DNA of 62,598 nucleotides, filler included, from Bipalium vagum (taxonomy: Eukaryota), in assembly GCA_037834085.1 (NCBI GenBank). It is 3 parts of 3 records of this genome, joined end to end, with 100 filler letters (N's around TTAATTAATTAA, not from the genome) between each part and the next. Parts side by side here need not be neighbours in the genome. Positions count along the whole stretch, not along the records: positions 1 to 15,891 come from JBBMKC010139809.1; positions 15,992 to 46,211 come from JBBMKC010002155.1; 1 more part is not named here. One strand, 5' to 3'. Every line of letters starts with the position of its first letter. Positions within the stretch are counted from its first letter, which is position 1. Positions 14,880-26,978 of the stretch are shown here, one piece after another. A program made the position numbers and the translations under genes. The notes below the pieces were generated by a model. It had not been told where the DNA came from, did no database searches, and saw nothing but the letters and a program-made list of their open reading frames with translations.

Positions 14880-15320
14880 TGGCAAAACTATCACAGTAAA
14901 AAATACTAGTCCGATATAGAAATAATAATCAGTCTTTAGTGGACAACACAAAAGGAATAATCCTGTTAAGTGACAATCCACAATCACATATGCAAAAAGT
15001 CTGGAAAATCTAACTGATTTATAGATATTAAGTTACAACATACACTGCATTCCGAAAATCAGTCTTCATCGGATTAACATTTCTTTAAGCATTTATATTA
15101 TTTTCTGCTCATGAAAATCTTTGCAAATTGGGAGTGTAATCTCTCAATTCATCACTTCTAAAAACCAGATTTTTACATAAATGGTTTTCAAATCTGGTAC
15201 CCTCTTGGCAAAAACGTGTAGAATGCAATGGTGTCTATTTTCATTGGATAAAAAAATCACTACGTATTTCATTGGGTTTTCTATTTATGGTGCAATCGAA
15301 CATTTCATATGACACATCGA
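14880..15320 (+). mobile_element. Mariner 3' fragment
   Basis: ILLSDNPQSH followed by a degenerate PDLxxSDxHFFK segment and the LVPSWQKRVECNGVYF terminus typical of mariner transposases. Confidence 0.55.
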
Positions 15321-15813
15321 TTAATACCAACTATTATAGATAGACAGAATTTTATCGATTATACCATTTAATTGAAAAAAATTAAGAATTTTTGCAAATG
15401 ATTAATTAAATTTTTAAAATCTCGCTAATTGTCTGAACCTCCACGTATAAAAAAATTAAGAGGTAAAAACTGTAGTTAAAATTAATTAGGAATGTGTAAA
15501 CGTAATATATTTATTATTTATATAAATAATATTTTTAATTTTCTAAATCACGAAAATTTGATTTATATTTAAATAAGAAATTTATGTCTCAAAATATTTC
15601 ATAAAAAATTTTTGTGAGTAATAAAATTGACAAACTTCGACAAATTTATTTCTAAATTGACAAGAACAAACAAAATATATTTTATTAAATTTATCCTAAT
15701 TAGAATTGTAAAATTATTTCACAAAATTTTATTTCAATGCTTATTGAAACAGAATATGATAATATTATAAATAATATTATTTAAAAATAAAAAGTCATCA
15801 TCATTATCATTTT

Positions 15814-15831
15814 GTTCTTCTTCTTCTTCTT

Positions 15832-15891
<60 letters not shown>
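15814..15891. repeat. Compound microsatellite (TTC)n(TTA)n abutting a gap
   Basis: Directly visible in the sequence. Confidence 0.95.
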
Positions 15892-15992
15892 NNNNNNNNN
15901 NNNNNNNNNNNNNNNNNNNNNNNNNNNNNNNNNNNTTAATTAATTAANNNNNNNNNNNNNNNNNNNNNNNNNNNNNNNNNNNNNNNNNNNNT

Positions 15993-16640
15993 TATCTCCA
16001 ATATGATATTTTGGTTTTGAGGATAATTGAGAAATGGAAGAAGTTTTATCAGTTGGATCATTCTTTAACTTTTCAGAATTAGCAAGAGGCTCAGTCAACT
16101 TCTTTGGACTTTTAGATGCTTCTGTTGATGTTATTCCAAGTGAAATGTGAATTTTATTATTATAAAAATTAATTAAGTTTGGTAAAAGATTTAACCATTT
16201 TCTGTTTTATTGTTCTGTAAATTTTTTAACATTAAATTTTTTAGAGTTTTATTAAATCTTTCTATTACAACTGCTTTTCCTTCATTCTCTGTTCAGTAAA
16301 TTTCAATCTAATTATCATCACAAAGATCTTCAAATGTTTTATTATAAAATTCTGTTCCTTTATCAACCAAAAGTTTTTCAGGGACCCTATTTAAATCTTC
16401 AAATATTTAATCAGATGCATCTGTAATTGATTGACCTATTTTATTTTTTAAAAGAGCAGCAAAAGCAAAACGAGTATATAAATCAATAACTGTTAGAATT
16501 ATTTTATAATCTTTTTCTCCAGGAACAAATGTAAGATCAGCAGACCAAATATCGTCTTTGTTATTAACTTTAACTTTTAAAATTTTTTTAGGTTTTCTAA
16601 ATTCTTTATGAAGTTTATTTGCAAGTATTTTTGATTTTTC
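15993..16640 (-). pseudogene. Polinton/Maverick-type retroviral-like integrase (disrupted)
   Basis: Minus translation: ILANKLHKEFRKP...KDDIWSADLTF...YKIILTVIDLYTRFAFAALLKNK...PEKLLVDKGTEFYN...KAVVIERFNKTLK...WLNLLPNLINFYNNKIHISLG. This is a D,D,E integrase in the Polinton style, with internal stops. Confidence 0.85.
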
Positions 16641-16679
16641 AGGAGTAAGAATTTTTGTTTTTGCATAGAGTTTTCATTT

Positions 16680-17240
16680 GCGAGAGTCTTTGAAGATCTT
16701 TCTAATCCTAATCCTAAAGCGAACTTGCTCTTCATTATTAATTTTATAATTGCTCTTTCAAGTTTTTCTCTTGAAGTTGGATTTTGAATATTGTTCATTT
16801 CATGAATCATTTCTACATCTGCAACACGGGTATCTTTTAAATCTGTTGACATATATTTCTTTCATTGCTGCTTGATCAACTCGATTTACTGTAATTGAAC
16901 CAGGTTTTGGAATTGGTAGAATTGATAAATCTTGATTTTCATTATAATTATTTATTATTTCATTATAGTTTTTAAAACGTTTGTCAACATGAGTTCCAGG
17001 TCCTGTAAAATTTGTTTTATTTAAAGGATTTAAAGATTTTAATGGTAATTCACCTGGGTATTTTCCTGTTGTAAATTTGTTAAGGAATTTATTATTACTT
17101 AAAGCTGATTGAATATCTCCTCCTGTTTTTATAAAAAAAGATGAAAATCTTTCTTGAATGTTTTGAATATTTAGATTTTTATTTTTAGTTGTTGATAAAA
17201 TTTTTTCAGTCGTTGTTTTATTTTTTTTTGTTCTATTTTT
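16680..17240 (-). pseudogene. Parvovirus-VP1-like phospholipase A2 (PLA2X-type) domain of a Polinton/adintovirus
   Basis: NFTGPGTHVDKR...VNRVDQAAMK, frameshift, ...TRVADVEMIHEM...KLERAIIKLIMKSKFALGLG, directly upstream of the integrase. The catalytic HD is lost at the frameshift (~16855). Confidence 0.8.
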
Positions 17241-18360
17241 AAAACTGCAAACGGTGACCTTTATTCTTAACATATACCATTTTGACACATGTTACATGAA
17301 ACAGTTGATTATACATGTTCTTTAATATAGATCCGGCAAGAATCATATATTTTGTTGCATGAGTTATTAAAAGAACAAAGTTCTGCCTGTGTGTGCCCAG
17401 AAACCGAATCATTAACGTACTGGCATACGCTTTCACTATTAACTTTATTGGGTAAATATGTTGTTGTTGGTTTGTCGATGCATCCCACAAGAATGTTCAT
17501 AAATCTGAAAATTGTTAATATCGCTTTTCTCAACAATAGGGAAAATCTTTTTTACATCAATTAGATCCTTTGCATGATTTTTTGCCTTAGATCCTCATTG
17601 TAACACTTAGGAGCAGCATGAAGAATCAGATGGACAATCATTTCCAAGGACTTTAAATAGATTGACAACTACTGGATGATTCAGTTTATATAGCGGAATA
17701 TATGCCGCCATAAATGCTTTAGCTACTTCTGTTGTAAAGCTACATTTTGATATTGTCAAAAATGATTGAGTAGAACATGCTGCCTGCTTATTATTGTGCT
17801 TCCCAGATTGACGGTGGCTCTCTACAAAATGACGCTTTTCATGTTTTACAATGGCGTCGCACAATTTTCAGTACAGTTGATTTGTAGGGGTAGTAATAAA
17901 TTCTGTCGGGTAATCAATAACGATCCTGTTGACTTTGCATGATTGACTCGCTCCTATCTTTGGCATTGATGGAAATTACAATTACTTATAATTAAAATTA
18001 CTCACAAACTAAAATTAAACTTACTTCTATAAAACTTAAATTTGATTTAATTTATTATCTAATATTATTTAAACATTTTTAACCGTATTTTAACTTTATA
18101 ATTAGGGCAATTTATTTTAAACCTAAAAAAAAATTTTTAACTTTATTATTAACTTTGTTATTAAAAATTTTAACCGTATTTTAACTTTATAGCCTAAAAA
18201 TTTTATTTTTAAAATAACCATAAATTTAACCTATATTTTAACCTTATAAATCACGATAGAGGGACCTTCGATGACCAAAAATGGTGTACATGTGCTTTGT
18301 AGGCCAAGAGAATCTATAGGACACATTTTAACTTTATTAACTTTTACTTGCCCTAATTAT
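17240..18360 (-). mobile_element. Truncated hAT-like transposon with CGGBP1-like transposase N-terminus
   Basis: MPKIGASQ...LCDAIVKHEKRHFVESHRQSGKH (zinc finger)...AFMAAYIPLYKLNHP...NFVLLITHATKYMILAGSILKNMYNQLFHVTCV. Subterminal repeats (tttaaccgtattttaacttt) at 18075-18240. Confidence 0.7.
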
Positions 18361-19633
18361 AACTAGCTTCCAAATTTTTAATGTATATATTTAGTAATTT
18401 TATTATTTTTGGGGTTATTTACGTGTCTAAATTATTAATAGTTATATGTGGCTATTTTAGCTCACAATATTTCTGATTATAATTATTTAATTATAATTTA
18501 ACTATTAGTTTATTATTTTACTTAATATTTTGATTCAAAAATGTTTATTTTTTTTAATTAAACATTTATCAAAATATACAATATTTAAAGAATATATACT
18601 TAAATAAATAAAGACAATGGGTCTAACGAGACCTTTTCGTACAAATGATATACACAAAGTAAGACTGTTGTTAATCATCAGTGACATCAGTTAATTTAAT
18701 CTTTTCCCACTGGATTCTGGGACTGCTTTGTAGCTCCTTTAGGCTCAACGGCAAATATTAAATTTCTTGTTATGGAGGTTAAATGAGTTGCGTAAGGAGT
18801 TTCACTGAATTTAATGTGGATCCAAACATTATTATTACAAGTCAGATCGTTTGGAGATCTCTACAACTCTTATAGATGTGCCTATGGTCATTCTAACATA
18901 TATTTTGTTTAGACTTAGTGAAAAGTTATCCTGAACACATTCATTAATGAAAAGATATATTTCACAACTGGTTTTCCATCAGCCAGTAAAGGAGTCAGAA
19001 GCTTATCATCAACTTTGAAATCATGTCTATATAATAATTAAACTATTAAAATAATCAATATGAAAATTTCATTTTTCTAAAAATAAAATTATGGACTTGA
19101 AAGCCTCCATATCTTATTAATAAAAAAGATATTGAATTTTCTAAAAAATTCTTTTGATTGAACTTCTTTCTTAACATTATCAAATATTTTTCTAAAATTA
19201 AAAATTCTAACCAGTAATCTTATATAATAATTAATTATTAATAAAGAATGAATTACCATAATGATTAAGTTTAAAATAAGTTTTTTTAATATTAATAATT
19301 AATAAATGGAATTTTCAAATAAGCCTAAGGGTTTTATAGGATTTAGGTATTACAAATTGTAGTAGAATTTTCAATGTAGAGTTTTTAATTTTCATTAAAA
19401 ATTCTATAATTTTTACATTTAATCATTTTTCATGTTCGTTTTAATTAATCAGTAAACATGTATTTTTTTGTTATTATTTTAAGAAATTTTCTAATTTACA
19501 GTAAGAGATTTTAAATATAAAAAAGTTTCAAGAAAAATATTCTTTCTATTATTTTTTTATAAAACTATACCATAGAAATTATTAGAAAGTCAGTGGAGCA
19601 AATATTTTTCAGCAAATTTTAAAGAAAAATATA

Positions 19634-20173
19634 ATGTCTAATTATTCAAAAATTAGTGTTCTTGAAAAAGTCAACCAGATGTTTGTCTGCTCAATCTGTT
19701 GTGATTTTAAGCTAGTTAACAATTCAAAGCTTTTTGCTACATCAAATCCATCCCTTTTTCTCGAACATCAGCGGTGTTGTCATCCATCAATTAGCGAATT
19801 CGAATGCATTTATTGTTGCAGTCATTTACCAGCCGTCGATTTGATGCAACATATCCAGAACCACTTTTCCAATTCAGTAGCGTCTGACAGTAGATATGTT
19901 TGTGCTCATTGCTCTAATCGAGTTAAAATCAACATTACTAATTGCATGGAACACTTGGAAACAGAACATCCAAACGTTGAATTAGAATGTCCTCATTGCA
20001 AGGCATCGTTTACAGATCGATTAGATCTCTTAAGTCATCTAAGGAATAATATATTATATGTATTTCATTGCTTGTACGAGAATTGCTTTGTAAAGAGTCA
20101 CAACATAATGGGTATATTGGCCCATTTGAAACGTGTCCATTTTGGATCCAGGTGTCTAAAGGTGGAATGTATG
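19634..20173 (+). CDS. Zinc-finger gene exon 1 (4-5 C2H2-type fingers)
   Basis: ATG at 19634; CIYC..HIQNH, CAHC..HLETEH, CPHC..H, CLYENC..HLKRVH. Phase-0 donor ATG|gtaata at 20173/20174. Confidence 0.85.
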
Positions 20174-20529
20174 GTAATACTTTGCTATAATATTTGTATA
20201 TTTTTTATATTTAGATTTATTTTTGTTACATTAAATAAATGATCCATAGATAATTAACGAAAAAATATATTTCTCGCTACATCTTCAAATTCAAATTCAT
20301 GAAAAATATAATCAAAATTTTTAAATTGATATTGTAAGTGAAAAATAAATCAATGAAAACAGAGAAATATTTGAAAAACTTTTACAACTCGGCTTTAAAA
20401 TAATTAATATAAATAGTATAATATATCTAAAAATATTTTACATGTCAAAAATATATCGATCTTTACATTCAAATATTGAAAATCAATATATTTTATTAAT
20501 TTTTAAAAATGATTGCGCAATTTTATTAT

Positions 20530-21330
20530 TATTTAATTGCACAACAGTCTCATTTTGGAATTGTATTTAAGGACAACAAACGTTTTTTTCAAGTACCCAA
20601 AAATCGATGTTGATAAAATTCCAATTCTCACTTTAAGTCTAAATTTACCATTCGATCAACTCTTTCTTTTTTTGTTGATCGATAAGCTCTGGTACCCGTG
20701 TAAATTAGTGCGATGGCAGCTTCATTGAATGAAAATTTTATCTATCAGACCTGAAATTCTGAAAGCTTTGTCATAAAAATATTGTTGCTATCTTCCAATC
20801 TCGTTCTACCTTTATGAGCGGTCGTGCAACAATGAAATATATCAGATTGAATGAAGTTCAATGATGCAGACAGAGTTTTGAGTTGGTGGCTGCTAATAGC
20901 AGAGTTGAAGATAAGTGATAAAGAATGCATTGGTCACATCATTTGTCTTATTGAACCCCTCTCTCTCTCTCTGGTCTTCAATATCAGTACTGGATAGAAC
21001 ACAATCAATAAACCACCATCTTGAATATCGGACAATGTGATTTCTTGTGGTGAGACCCCACATACACTTCAGAATTTTTTTTTTCTAATAAGCCAGGCAC
21101 AATTTTCGTGAGATAAAGAATCTTTTCTTTACGTTAATCTTATGAATTATTTTTCAGTTTGTGCGATGGTTCCAGGGATTAAACTTTAAGAACGACAGTC
21201 TTTCTTTTAAATGTTTCCTTTCGAAAAAAATTTGAAGTTTTTAGTCAGTCAATGAAGAACATCTTATTTCTCCTGGACTTTGTTTTAAGAAATGAAGAAA
21301 AATTCTCTTTTCTCCACGACTTTGGGACTT
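20530..21330 (-). mobile_element. Unclassified decayed coding relic (probable TE) in intron 1 of the zinc-finger gene
   Basis: Higher-complexity sequence with short broken ORFs and no usable splice phases; family not recognised. Confidence 0.25.
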
Positions 21331-22096
21331 ATCATTGATAATAAATGAATTAATAATTAATTAATTAAAATTGTAATAATAACTAAAAGGCAATGAATGA
21401 CCCTTAAAACATTACCAGATAACCAACTTTTTATCTATTGTCGAGTTGCTTTTATGTTTTGCAGTCGATTGTGCACATTTCTATACTTCAGAAATTCTCT
21501 ATTATACCAAGTGATCCGTGACTGATACCATATATTTATTTCTACACCCTTTAGATGAAGTTAAAGACACAACCTACACTCAATCACTTGAGTTTCGGTG
21601 TTCTTTTTATTTATATGCTCTGGTTTTGACAATGAATTAGAATGTAGATATTAACAATAAAATGAGAGAACAGTAGATTCATTTTATATTGCTTATAATT
21701 TGTTTACAATGCCGAGATCCGGAGACAAATGTTAATAACTTTGAATTATTGACCATTGATACTGTTTAACTTTAAAAATATCTTTCTTCTTATGATTCTT
21801 GTGGAAAGATTTTCTTAATCTCTGTTTCAAAGATAATTAGTCGCTGATTATTATTTCTTTCTTTAATTAAGGAAAATCTTATTATTCTTTATTATTATTA
21901 TTTTTAATTTTTCTTGGAGACATTTTAAAATAAAGATTTTTTGTAACATTAAATTGTAAAAAATAGCTGATCCATTTGTTACATATCGAAAAATTAATTA
22001 TAAGATGGATTTTTATTTTTTATATTTTAATTTATAAATATAATTTATATATTCGATTTATTATAAATCAACGTCAATTTCGTTCTCTTTTTGTAG

Positions 22097-22768
22097 TTCA
22101 TTTGTATGGAGCGCATTTCTAGAAAACCACCGTGCAATTGCACAGAAAATTTAAATTTATCATCACAGACTCCTCTTAAAATTAACAGTCCTGCAAGAGA
22201 TGATTGTCAACTTATCGCCCTTCCTTATTCTACGCGAGTCCTCAGTAAATTATCATCGGGATTCGATGAAAGACTCCGAGAAGATCTGATCAGTAAAATG
22301 AATCAGTATTCAAAATTTAAAGTTCGTCTTGAAATTGTCGATGGTCAGAAACAATTTGTCTGCTCGACCTGTCAGTACCGATCTGTTCATTCATTGGCGG
22401 ATGTACGTAAGCATATCCTCGGATGTCATTGTAGTGTGAGCACCAGTTATACACGCCTATGTTTGCGAGCCAGTCGTTTGGATACAAACACATTCTCTCT
22501 GTTTTCCGACAGGAAATTGATATCATTCGCCAACGAGAAATTAAAAAGAGCCGAATCCGGAACCGCCTGGGACGGAAATGGTGACACGAGCACCATGCAA
22601 TTATTGGATGACAGCGAACCTGAACAAGAGACGAATATTGATTCTATTACTAGACCAATAAAAAGAGGATCTTTGACGAGTGGGACAGCTGGGTCAATAA
22701 AACGAGCTCGTCTCACACATAGGCAAAGCCATTCTGTCAAAATGAGGTCTGACTCTCCAATACCTGAG
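22097..22768 (+). CDS. Zinc-finger gene exon 2 (first extended zinc-finger module plus basic linker)
   Basis: Acceptor ctttttgtag|TTC is in frame with the 22106 ORF; donor CCTGAG|gtaaat; 672 nt, phase 0-0; contains FVCSTC...DVRKHILGCH. Confidence 0.85.
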
Positions 22769-23749
22769 GTAAATAATCGCATTTATTATTATTTTGTTAT
22801 CTAAAATGTGCAATTTTTATTTTTTAAATAATAGATAATCTACTTGTTAATTTTCTGATCATAATAATTTTTACCTATTTTTAAAATATTAATATTCTGT
22901 AAGTTATTGATAATCGATAACTAAGATATTTAGTTATCGATTTAATATTTTTCATTTTTCATTACTTATTGATCTATTAAATTCTTGAGAAATATTTTTA
23001 TCATAGGATATAATTTATTGCATCACAATTGATTTTATTTTAAATGTCCTAAAATGTTACGTTTTAATCTCGAAATATTCAAAGGATTAATTGAAAAATA
23101 TATTATAATATATAATGTTCAGATTATAAATGAATTCCTAATGAATGTTTTTTTTATTTCGTATCACTTTTATATCAATCTCTTCTGTTCTTGTAAAATT
23201 GACAAAGAAAAAGAAAGATTTGCTTCCTTATTAATAGAGGAATTTTACTGGCCAGTAGAAATGATTATAATTTAATCCCATTGGTTGAAAATATGTTTTT
23301 CCGTATTTCTGAAAAAGTCTTAATTTCCCCTTAAAATATTTTAAAGTAAACTGACTTAGAAAGGATTTAAAACTAATCTTGTCATTTCTTTTTCGTTTAA
23401 GGACTTCCTTTTTTCTTTTACAACTTCAATGACCAGAAATGTTAGTAATTCATTCATTTTTCAAGAGATTTTAAACTTCCAAATTGTGTGTTATTTTTTC
23501 ATTTCTTCATGATTTATTGGCTAGGAGCCAATTTTCGAAATTGAAAACCTTGAACTCATTTTTAAACAATTCACCTATTTAATAATAATGAATAACAAAA
23601 ATATATTTTTATTCATAAACAGGGTATTTGCATAAATTAATGTCCAATGATCTAAAGCTTGAACTCTTTTCTCACAAATTCATAGTTTCGTTTTAATAAA
23701 ATTTAAATTGAAACTGTCGACCACTGTAAACGGTCTTTACTTGTTTCAG

Positions 23750-24691
23750 GTCGGTCAACCACTGGAACGAAACGAAAAGATCGATCGTGTCATTCATTTA
23801 AATTATTCATGGCACGTTTTGGAAAAGCTCGTTGCTGGGCAATGTCCGGAACGTTATCTGCCGATATTGAGTCGAAAAATGGACGTATATGCTCTTCACA
23901 GCATTCTTTTAACTCGGCGAAACGGAAAACGTTATTTTCTGTGTTCTCATTGTCCCAATTGTTCACCACATGGCATGAATGATATACGTAAGCACATTCT
24001 TGGTGTTCACGCTCGTCTGCCAGAACGATTCAAAGCAGCTGCTATGTACTGTTCAAGAATGAATAGAGACAATTATGGTCTGCTGTCAGATGATGAATTG
24101 TTGAAAAAAAATCAAGACATGGTACGTTGGCGAACTGTACCCCCGACTGGTGGTAGCGGTACCAGTGATGATAACTTGATGGATCCTCTTCCACCTTTGC
24201 AACCTACTTCAATGACATATGAAGATTCAACATCTCCATTACATCAAAACAATCAACACAAGTCTCACAACGTATTCCTTTCTGGTTCCACAGGTGACAA
24301 CGGTGACATCAGTCCATTCTCGTTTGTAGCCATGCCAGAAGACCCAGTCATTCAATTTACATCGTCAAAGCTCAGCAATCACAACGGTAATTTTTCGACC
24401 AAGAATACCACCGACTCGAATGAGTCTTCTCCGAAAATCGATGACAATTCTTCAGTGACATCTGTGATTAACAATAATTTCAACCACAGTATTAATTTTA
24501 ATAATACTCAGCAACAGCAACAACTTAGCAACGGTCGCAGCAGACGGTCTCTAGCATTGAAATCCAGGAGTAGTAACCACCACCACCCCCACAACAACAA
24601 CAATAATAGTAATAATAATAGCAATGCTAACTGCAACGGCATCGGCATCGGCATCGGTATCGGCAACAGCTGCAAAAACGAGAGCATCTAG
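23750..24691 (+). CDS. Zinc-finger gene exon 3 (second extended module plus N/Q/H/S-rich tail; stop TAG)
   Basis: Acceptor ttgtttcag|GTC in frame; FLCSHC...DIRKHILGVH; low-complexity C-terminus. The joined CDS is 717 aa. Confidence 0.85.
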   Translation, partial: VGQPLERNEKIDRVIHLNYSWHVLEKLVAGQCPERYLPILSRKMDVYALHSILLTRRNGKRYFLCSHCPNCSPHGMNDIRKHILGVHARLPERFKAAAMYCSRMNRDNYGLLSDDELLKKNQDMVRWRTVPPTGGSGTSDDNLMDPLPPLQPTSMTYEDSTSPLHQNNQHKSHNVFLSGSTGDNGDISPFSFVAMPEDPVIQFTSSKLSNHNGNFSTKNTTDSNESSPKIDDNSSVTSVINNNFNHSINFNNTQQQQQLSNGRSRRSLALKSRSSNHHHPHNNNNNSNNNSNANCNGIGIGIGIGNSCKNESI

Positions 24692-25999
24692 CCAACAGCA
24701 AATGTCATCTTCTCCAGCACTGCACTACACTCACATCGATCGATCGATATTCAATGATGATAATCATCATAATAATTGTCAATGTTATATCATTTCACCA
24801 CAGACCAGAATTAAAAAAACAATACCACACGAGAGAGACATAGAGAGACAGAGAAACACAGAGAGAGAAAAGATCACATCGATTTGTGTGAGCACAGTGC
24901 ATTATCATCATTGTCTTTATTATTTTTGAGCTTTGTAGACAAATAGTCAGCAAGATGATATAGATATATTTAAGCAGAGAGACAAATACGAAAGAGACAA
25001 TATTGCTGTCAATGTTGATTAGTATTAATATCAAGAGCAACATTGAATAAGATTCAAAAATTGTATCAGGACGATAAACATGAACTGGACATGTTAGAGT
25101 TTTTGTGGAGAGCCGAAAGTAAAATGATTTTATCTGTAATTGTCGTTGTGTTGCTGCTTGTTAATTATTTTGCTATTCTTGCTACCATTTTTTTACCATT
25201 AAGATATTTGTCACCGTTTGTCAGCTCTCGTGCTTTTCAACATTATTGTCTTATTCATTTTTTATTGATTTGTGTTAATAAAATTACAGGTCTGCTTAGA
25301 CAAGTTCATACATGGCAACGACAAAATGAACAAGTACGAAAAATTGTCATTTGCTACACTACGCGACCCAGAATCTGCGAGTTAAAACATTAATATAATA
25401 TTATCATTGTCATATCTACTTATTATTATAATAATATTAATATTATTAAAAATATTATTTTTTATCGACAAGCACCCACATAAATAGATAAGACAACCGT
25501 CGAAGTGCCAGACACGAGCAACTCGACTGTGTAGATTGTGAATGAGTAGTGATTTTGAAATTAGTCGTTTTTATCTGACATACCAACTAGATATAAATCG
25601 GTTTCATTCTGTACTGCCCTGCTTGAACTTCGTGCTAATTATTATAATTAAGTGTGAGTTCGGAGATTAGTCTCATGAACAACCGCTATCTCAGAGATAT
25701 ATTTATGCACCAGCTTGAGATCATCTAACCTAATGAACACATGACACAGTACGTTCTATGAAGGATCTGCTGTCGTCAATAGAGTCATTCTGTTATCAAA
25801 TTCAGTCGATCGATCGTTCTATTCGATTAGCACTATACAATCATCTACATGTGCTCCTTGAGATGTTTTTTTCCGATATAATAATTTTTAAAAATATTAC
25901 TCAAAATCTAAAGATCCGAAATCATAACAAAAAACATTTATTAAATCTTTAAAAAAATGAAACAATCAATAAAATTTAGTTGAATTATTGAGATTTTGA

Positions 26000-26236
26000 T
26001 TATTTCTTCTTTCCTTTACCGCTTTTCTTTCCCTTTCCACTTTTCTTTCCTTTCTTTCCTTTTTTACCTTTTCTCTTTTTTCCATAAGGACCAAGACCGC
26101 TGCGAGCACAAACTGTTCTCCACCAGCACTGGATTTTCAGTGATGATGCTACTTCTAACGCTTCTTTCTCCTTAATCCTCAGCTGCTTTTCTTTCTCAAT
26201 TCTGTCATTGATGACAACATTTTCGTATTTTATATA
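26000..26236 (-). CDS. IQCG: IQCG/DRC9 exon 6 (IQ motif and Lys/Gly tail)
   Basis: Acceptor tttcag|TAT; KIQCWWRTVCARSGLGPYGKKRKGKKGKKGKK matches the DRC9 C-terminus; TAA at 26000. Confidence 0.9.
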   Translation of the reverse strand, partial: YIKYENVVINDRIEKEKQLRIKEKEALEVASSLKIQCWWRTVCARSGLGPYGKKRKGKKGKKGKKSGKGKKSGKGKKK

Positions 26237-26349
26237 CTGAAAATAAAGAAAATTATTAATCATCCAGACAATGTTTTATTGTATTTTCCATACATTAAAA
26301 AATAGAAATGGAAAAGAAATGTCATGTTCTCTTTACAAAAGAAACTAAC

Positions 26350-26800
26350 AGTTTGTGTCAGGTCTTTTAATTTTGCCAGATCTTTGTTTTTGCTGTTATT
26401 AAGGACACTTAGATTTTTTTTCAAAGCTTCGGTATCCACATCATATTTTTGTGACCAGTATTTTGTTTTACTGTTTATCTTGTCAAGGTAATCACGCAGC
26501 CAACTCTCACTCTCATTGTGAACTCGTTGTTCGTTATCTATCATACGATCTAAGCAACTCAACTCATTTTGTAAATTTTGCTCATTTTGCTGACACAATT
26601 TTGCAGTCTGTGCCACTTGGGCTATACATCTTGCTCGGGTGTACTTGAGCTCCATACTTGTTTTGGCCTTGGTTTCCTGAAGTTGGTCCTTTAGGTGAGC
26701 AATCATTTCGTTACGGCTTTGAATTTCTTCAAGTTCTAGATTTTTCACTTCCTCAATCTCTTTTTTCAACTCTTTAATTCGTTTGCGACTGTTCTCTTCA
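26350..26800 (-). CDS. IQCG: IQCG/DRC9 exon 5 (coiled coil)
   Basis: tttag|T GAA...CAA ACT|gttagt; RNEMIAHLKDQLQETKAKTSMELKY...EQRVHNESESWL...YWSQKYDVD. Confidence 0.9.
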
Positions 26801-26849
26801 CTAAACAGTTAAAATAAATAATTTTTTTCTAATTCATTGTTTCTGTTAC

Positions 26850-26978
26850 TTTTGAATGACCTCTTGCAGTTGCTGCTTCATATTTAACTCGTTTTCAACG
26901 GTTTGGATTAGGTGCTCATATGAACCATTTTGAAACAACTCTTCGGCTGTGGTAGCCAGAACTTGTTGAAGAAACAAT
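26850..26978 (-). CDS. IQCG: IQCG/DRC9 exon 4
   Basis: actag|A TTG TTT...CAA AA|gtaaca; LFLQQVLATTAEELFQNGSYEHLIQTVENE; phase 2-2. Confidence 0.88.

Noticed and set aside
15936-15947. TTAATTAATTAA embedded in Ns (also at 46256-46267)
   Set aside because: Identical motif with symmetric N padding in two gaps; an artificial all-frame-stop scaffold linker.
24624-25393. Short ORFs after the zinc-finger stop codon
   Set aside because: Low-complexity alternate-frame or UTR ORFs with no recognisable domain or convincing splice context.
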